64,000 nucleotides of DNA from Podarcis pityusensis (Eukaryota). The notes below the pieces were generated by a model. It had not been told where the DNA came from. It did not search any database and saw only the letters and a list, made by a program, of their open reading frames with translations. The stretch lies in assembly GCA_964106645.2 (NCBI GenBank), contig OZ067042.1; one strand, 5' to 3'. Positions 59,122 through 64,000 of this stretch are shown here, in pieces (position 1 is the first letter of the stretch; each line of letters begins with the position of its first letter). A program made the translations under genes and the position numbers.

Positions 59122-62100
59122 CTCAAAAGACTGCAAGAAAGACTAATCTGAGAACTAACAAGACAGTGAGGCAACACTTTGGGGCAGAAATACAGCATTC
59201 ATGTTGTCTTATCCAATTCTCTTACAAAATAAAATGAAGTTGTAATTCTACTGAACTTTTGGGAGATGTTTCTGAAGGCACAATTGAACACAATATCTTG
59301 TTTTTAACTCTGTAGTCTTAAAATTTATACCCATATCTGTTAAGCTTAATTCCATTCCTGTTGAGATTTATAATCCTGACATATTTCTAATTCTTTGGTT
59401 TTGCCCCCAAATGACAGAAACAATATAATGCTCTCTTGCACATAGAGAAACACATGGTGGACATGATACTGCAGCTCATAATATATGGATATTTTATTGT
59501 GGTCACCAGCCAAAAATCAACAACAACAATAAAATTATGTTTCCCCTATATATTGCATTCTAACCTGACATCCATATATGTAGGATAATGAAATTACTGT
59601 GGAGTGTGAGGAGAAGGCCTGTATTGGGTAAAGAGTTTACTTTGGTCTGGAGGTTTTTGCTTATTCCCTTTGATGTATCTCAGAAATCTTCCAAGTAAAC
59701 CAGCCAAAGGACTGTTCTGGGATTAGTAGAGTGACCTGGTCGCTGTCCATGGTACTGAAAACCAAAGCTAAGTCATTCTTGTTTGTTTTATTGTGAAGTA
59801 GGTGCTCTTTCATAGCCTCCCTTGCAACCTCATTTAGCCAAGACTGATGAGGCAACAGCACACTGTAAATGTTACTGCAAGAAGCTATTCAGTTCAGTTT
59901 GTTTCTCTGGAGTCTGTATGGTGGCGATTGCACACTACTTGTATCTTCACTTTATTTCACCTGCACATACATAACGGTAGTATTTCGGATTTGCAAATCG
60001 AAGCCTTGATGCAACTGATTCCATTTATCCAGGGGCATCCTTTAATCTTAAATTCAGCAGCTCCTTTGGCATTACTAAGGTATGTGATATAAATCAGATA
60101 TGAGAGCCCTTTTAAGAAACTGATTTTTGGCTCAATGGACCGTAACCACTTTGAAATCAATGATTATTTAGGAACTCTTAAAACTGTAGATAATTTAGCT
60201 GCTGCACACACACATATTGGTTCTATTTTCTTCTTATTGGTTTACATGTGAATAATCTATATTTGTCTGGGTCTCTCCTACACAGGTGGTTGAGTATGGA
60301 TTATAGCAATTCTCCTTTTTTAATACAGCAGGCAGAGCTGTAAAAGATTTCAGCACCATCCCCACCCTTAGAAAGAGACTTAAAGGGCAAAGTTGGAGAG
60401 TTTGGTGTTGCAGTTCTACTCAATTTCAGTGGAATGCGAGGAGGTTAAGCATCATGTGAAAGGGCCCTGGCATTTTGCAACGTAATAATTATCATATATT
60501 ATTTTTCTCTTCACATCTCTAGAAGCCTTGTGACTATGTTTGTTTCTTGACACATGGTATCAAGCTTTCTAGCTCAGGATCAGATAGCTGCTCTAGAATT
60601 CGAAGGAGATCCACTTTTAAACTTAAAAGTGCCTCTAGTTCTTGTTGCTATAGACCCTATAATATAGAGCAGTAGGTGGGTTGTGCTTCCTCATGGAAAG
60701 CCCGGCTGAGGGTGGTGGTATCACATTGCAGTAGTGGGTGGGGCCAAAAGCAACACTGGACAGAGTATCAATTGTTACTCTTACTTTTGTACAGCAGGCT
60801 ACATTTCTATACACAAACACAAAAAGCCCATGGGGAAGGTATAGAAGAGGACTAGTGAGAGGTGTGACCTGGGTGCATATGGCTAGGAAAGAGTTCTGAG
60901 AGTCAGACGGAGGAGGACGGAGGACCACATTTGACCCCCAGACTTGTGGTTCCCCATCCCTGCTATAGAGTCAAAACTTGTAAGAGTGGGAAACTTCAAT
61001 TAAAATATTTGAAAACAAGGAGATATGTGTAGGGCTTCCAGTGGGCAGGGAACAGATTTAATAAAAATTAATTTTATAATTTCCCATGAATAATATTACA
61101 CATTTCCAAAGTGTTATATCTGGACTTTACATAGGACTGTGGCTTCCATGGAAATGGGGTCTCCAATATGGCACCCTCAGGTTCCCTGCCCCTGTCTTTT
61201 TATTTTTTCATTTTAGTTTTGTTTAATTGATGTTGTTCAGGTGGGAGGAAATCTCTGGGGGGGGGGGTTGCAAGTGTTGTCAGGTATTTTGGGCTATGTT
61301 TTATTTGGTTTTAGGAATGTATGTGTTTTGCCTGTTCGAGGAGACTGGTGAGGGGCTGAGCATCATCAGTTTTTCTTCTGTGAAATTGGTTCTTTGTGGT
61401 GCCCACAGCAGTTTGTTTTTTTTAGATTTCCAGGTGTACCCTCAAGCCAAAAAGATTATGGTCTTCTGACATTAAGCATTACAGCTGGGACCATAAACCA
61501 TACTTCTACTATTATAATCTCAGGAAACCATAGGTAGAGTATTAATATGGAATGAGTACCTTCTAATTATGTTGGTAACAATCTTTGGTCCTTCTGTTCA
61601 AACTTACTGGAGAACCTACTGGTTGGGGTTAACCTACAATTACCTCCTTCCATAAGGTAGGGTCTGCTCTATCCCTCCTTCTCTGAAGATAGAATGATAG
61701 AAACAAGGAACAGAGTCTTTTGGGAGGTGACACCTTCATTATGCCCTCCAAGCCTTCTTGGTATCATCACTTAATATCCCCACTTGGCCACCTAATGACA
61801 GGCACACAGACCAGTTTCAGACACAGCCATAGAGAAATCCTTTCCCAGTACAGTAAAGGGAGCAGTCAACACTAAATCAGCAGAAGAAACTATCCCAAAC
61901 AGTGCATTTACACAATTGATCCTTGTGAACATTATCCAATTAATTATGGGTTGTAAAATAGTAATAAAATAATTCTTGTTTAAATCCAATGTTATGTGCA
62001 GTTCTACAAACACTAATTAGGGAACAAATATTATTGATGCATGTGAAAGCTTAGAGGAAATTTTTAAAATGCAGATTCAATCTGTTGCTGTTCTGTCACT

Positions 62101-64000
62101 TTCAACACACCATTGTGGAGTGGGAGAGCCATTCTGTAACAAAGGCAGTTTCCTGGATTTGTGCAGTGCAGCATAATTCAGCCAAACATAATCATCCCAT
62201 CCCATCCTTGAAATGGGAGTTAGTTGCAATGATTTTAAAATGCCATTCATTTTAAAGGGACATTAAATCTGACGTGTGTTCTATTCTAAGGTTGGGAAAC
62301 CCATAGGCCCTCCAGATATTTCTGGGCTCCAATTCCCATCAGACCCAGCCAGGAAGGCCAGTGGTCATGGGTGACCACCATCTGAAGGACCACAAGTTCT
62401 CTGCCCATGTTCTGTGTCCTTCCATGGGAGCACCTGGGGGTTAGGAGCTCACATAGCCTGTCCACTGAAGAGCTGAGAAGGAGAGTGGCTGCTGAATCCT
62501 CTCCCTCCCATTCCAAATAAAGGTGAGATGACTTGCTACACGCCTGGAAGAAGAAGGGGATAATGGAGAGGGCTCTACAATGTGTTATGAGAATCCTGTC
62601 CACATATGCAGCTCTGCACTGGCCTCCCACAGGAGGGGTGGATAAAGTAATTTGCCCTGACAAAATGTAGTTGCTAGCTAAGCTCAATTCAAATCCAAGG
62701 AATTCAACCTGAAATCCTCAATCCACTTGCCTGAGATTAAGACACACTCTGTGACTTGCTCCTGAATAAACCTGCCTAGAATTGACGTCTTGGTCATGAT
62801 TAACTTTTGGTGGATTGTGCCCTACATGAGTAACAGTTACCAAGGAATTAAGAGTAGGAGAAGATATGTATATATGCAGTAGTAACTGGGTTTTTTTACT
62901 CCAGGCATCATGGGAAATATTATTTTCTTTATTCCTTTTATTTATAAAGCATTAATTGGTATTGAATTCATTTGATAAAGCCACATGCCACACTTCAGAT
63001 CTCGCAGACGTCATACAGATGAGCAAGACTCTTCCACTGTAAAATAGATGTATGACTTTTCTCTAATCTCCTTTACTGGTACAGCCATCTAATGCACACA
63101 ACTTGGCAATACAAGGTACCTCAGCAATATTTATTGCAGCATTCTGTGTAAGTAGTCCTCATTCTGGTGTCTTCTATTACTCACTGTGTTCTAAAAAAAA
63201 GTTATCTCAATTGAAAAATATATGATCAATGTTATTAGTGTAATCCATTCATAGCTTTATAGACCCCAAGTCTTTCAGGGAGTGTCATAAATCTTCAGGA
63301 TGACCCTGGTAGGCAGGAGTTTGCTTCACAGCTGTGATTCAATGGATGGCTTTAAAAAATCACAGTGCTAGACAGCTCCCTGTTAGATGAGAAAATCTGG
63401 AGACATTTGATCCAGCTCAATTCAACAACCCTAAATCCAAATCATGAAAATACAGAACCAATTACTTCACTCGGTTTTTGCCAAATATGCACTGCTTTGC
63501 AATGCTTAATATTGAGTTACATGTGTAAACAACTGTGGATTTCCTATACCCACAATAAACTCTTTTGGTAATAGCATGAAATGAAACATTCAGATCCAGA
63601 TATCACTTAAATCGAATGAGTTAGGAGAAATTTAACTGTATGAATGAGTGCATATATATTTGTTACCAGTCCCTGAGTGGCACTGGATTAATATGCATCT
63701 GGCTTTCTTTTCAAACACAGAATTTAAACCATCTAACTGCTATTGCACACACTCAAATGAGCATGATTGCATGTGTGGATTTCTCACAGTTTTAAAATAT
63801 ATCTCTGCCCCTTCTTTTGGCTTTTCAACTTCACCTTGACACCACTTTTCTGGGTTTAATACCTCCTCTTCAGCCACCTCACCCAAGGTATGCTGTGAAG
63901 GTCCACAAAGCCACTACTTTGGTGACACTAAACAGGTATGGATCTGATCTTTGCCTGAATGGGAATCACCTGTATGGCACCTTGGGATCCATGGTGGAAG

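Overview
Eukaryotic genomic DNA, most likely from a squamate reptile and probably a lacertid lizard (inferred from Sauria/Squam1-type, Squam2-type and Squam3-type SINEs together with CR1, L2, BovB/RTE and L1 fragments). Bases 1 to ~10.7 kb hold the last seven coding exons of ACADSB (short/branched-chain acyl-CoA dehydrogenase, + strand). All seven have canonical AG/GT splice sites, their lengths (171/126/93/90/138/100/71 nt) match human exons 5-11 as I recall them, and the catalytic IYEG glutamate is intact; a probable ~3 kb 3'UTR follows. I found no other protein-coding gene in the remaining ~53 kb, and almost all listed ORFs are spurious or transposon-derived. That region contains Tc1/mariner MITEs, hAT MITEs with 8-bp TSDs, four solo LTRs with 5-bp TSDs, SINEs, LINE fragments, microsatellites and two assembly gaps. 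Repeat-poor, motif-dense blocks lie between them and are candidate conserved enhancers (in other vertebrates ACADSB is followed by HMX3/HMX2). I found no convincing novel protein-coding system. The most unusual structures are a SINE with its own 3' tail copied in inverted orientation at the 5' end inside one TSD pair, internally deleted (bipartite) CR1 and RTE elements, a CR1 inserted into the last bases of a hAT TIR, motif-rich solo LTRs, and a decayed Penelope-type hammerhead ribozyme. Family names come from recalled consensus features, not from a database search.
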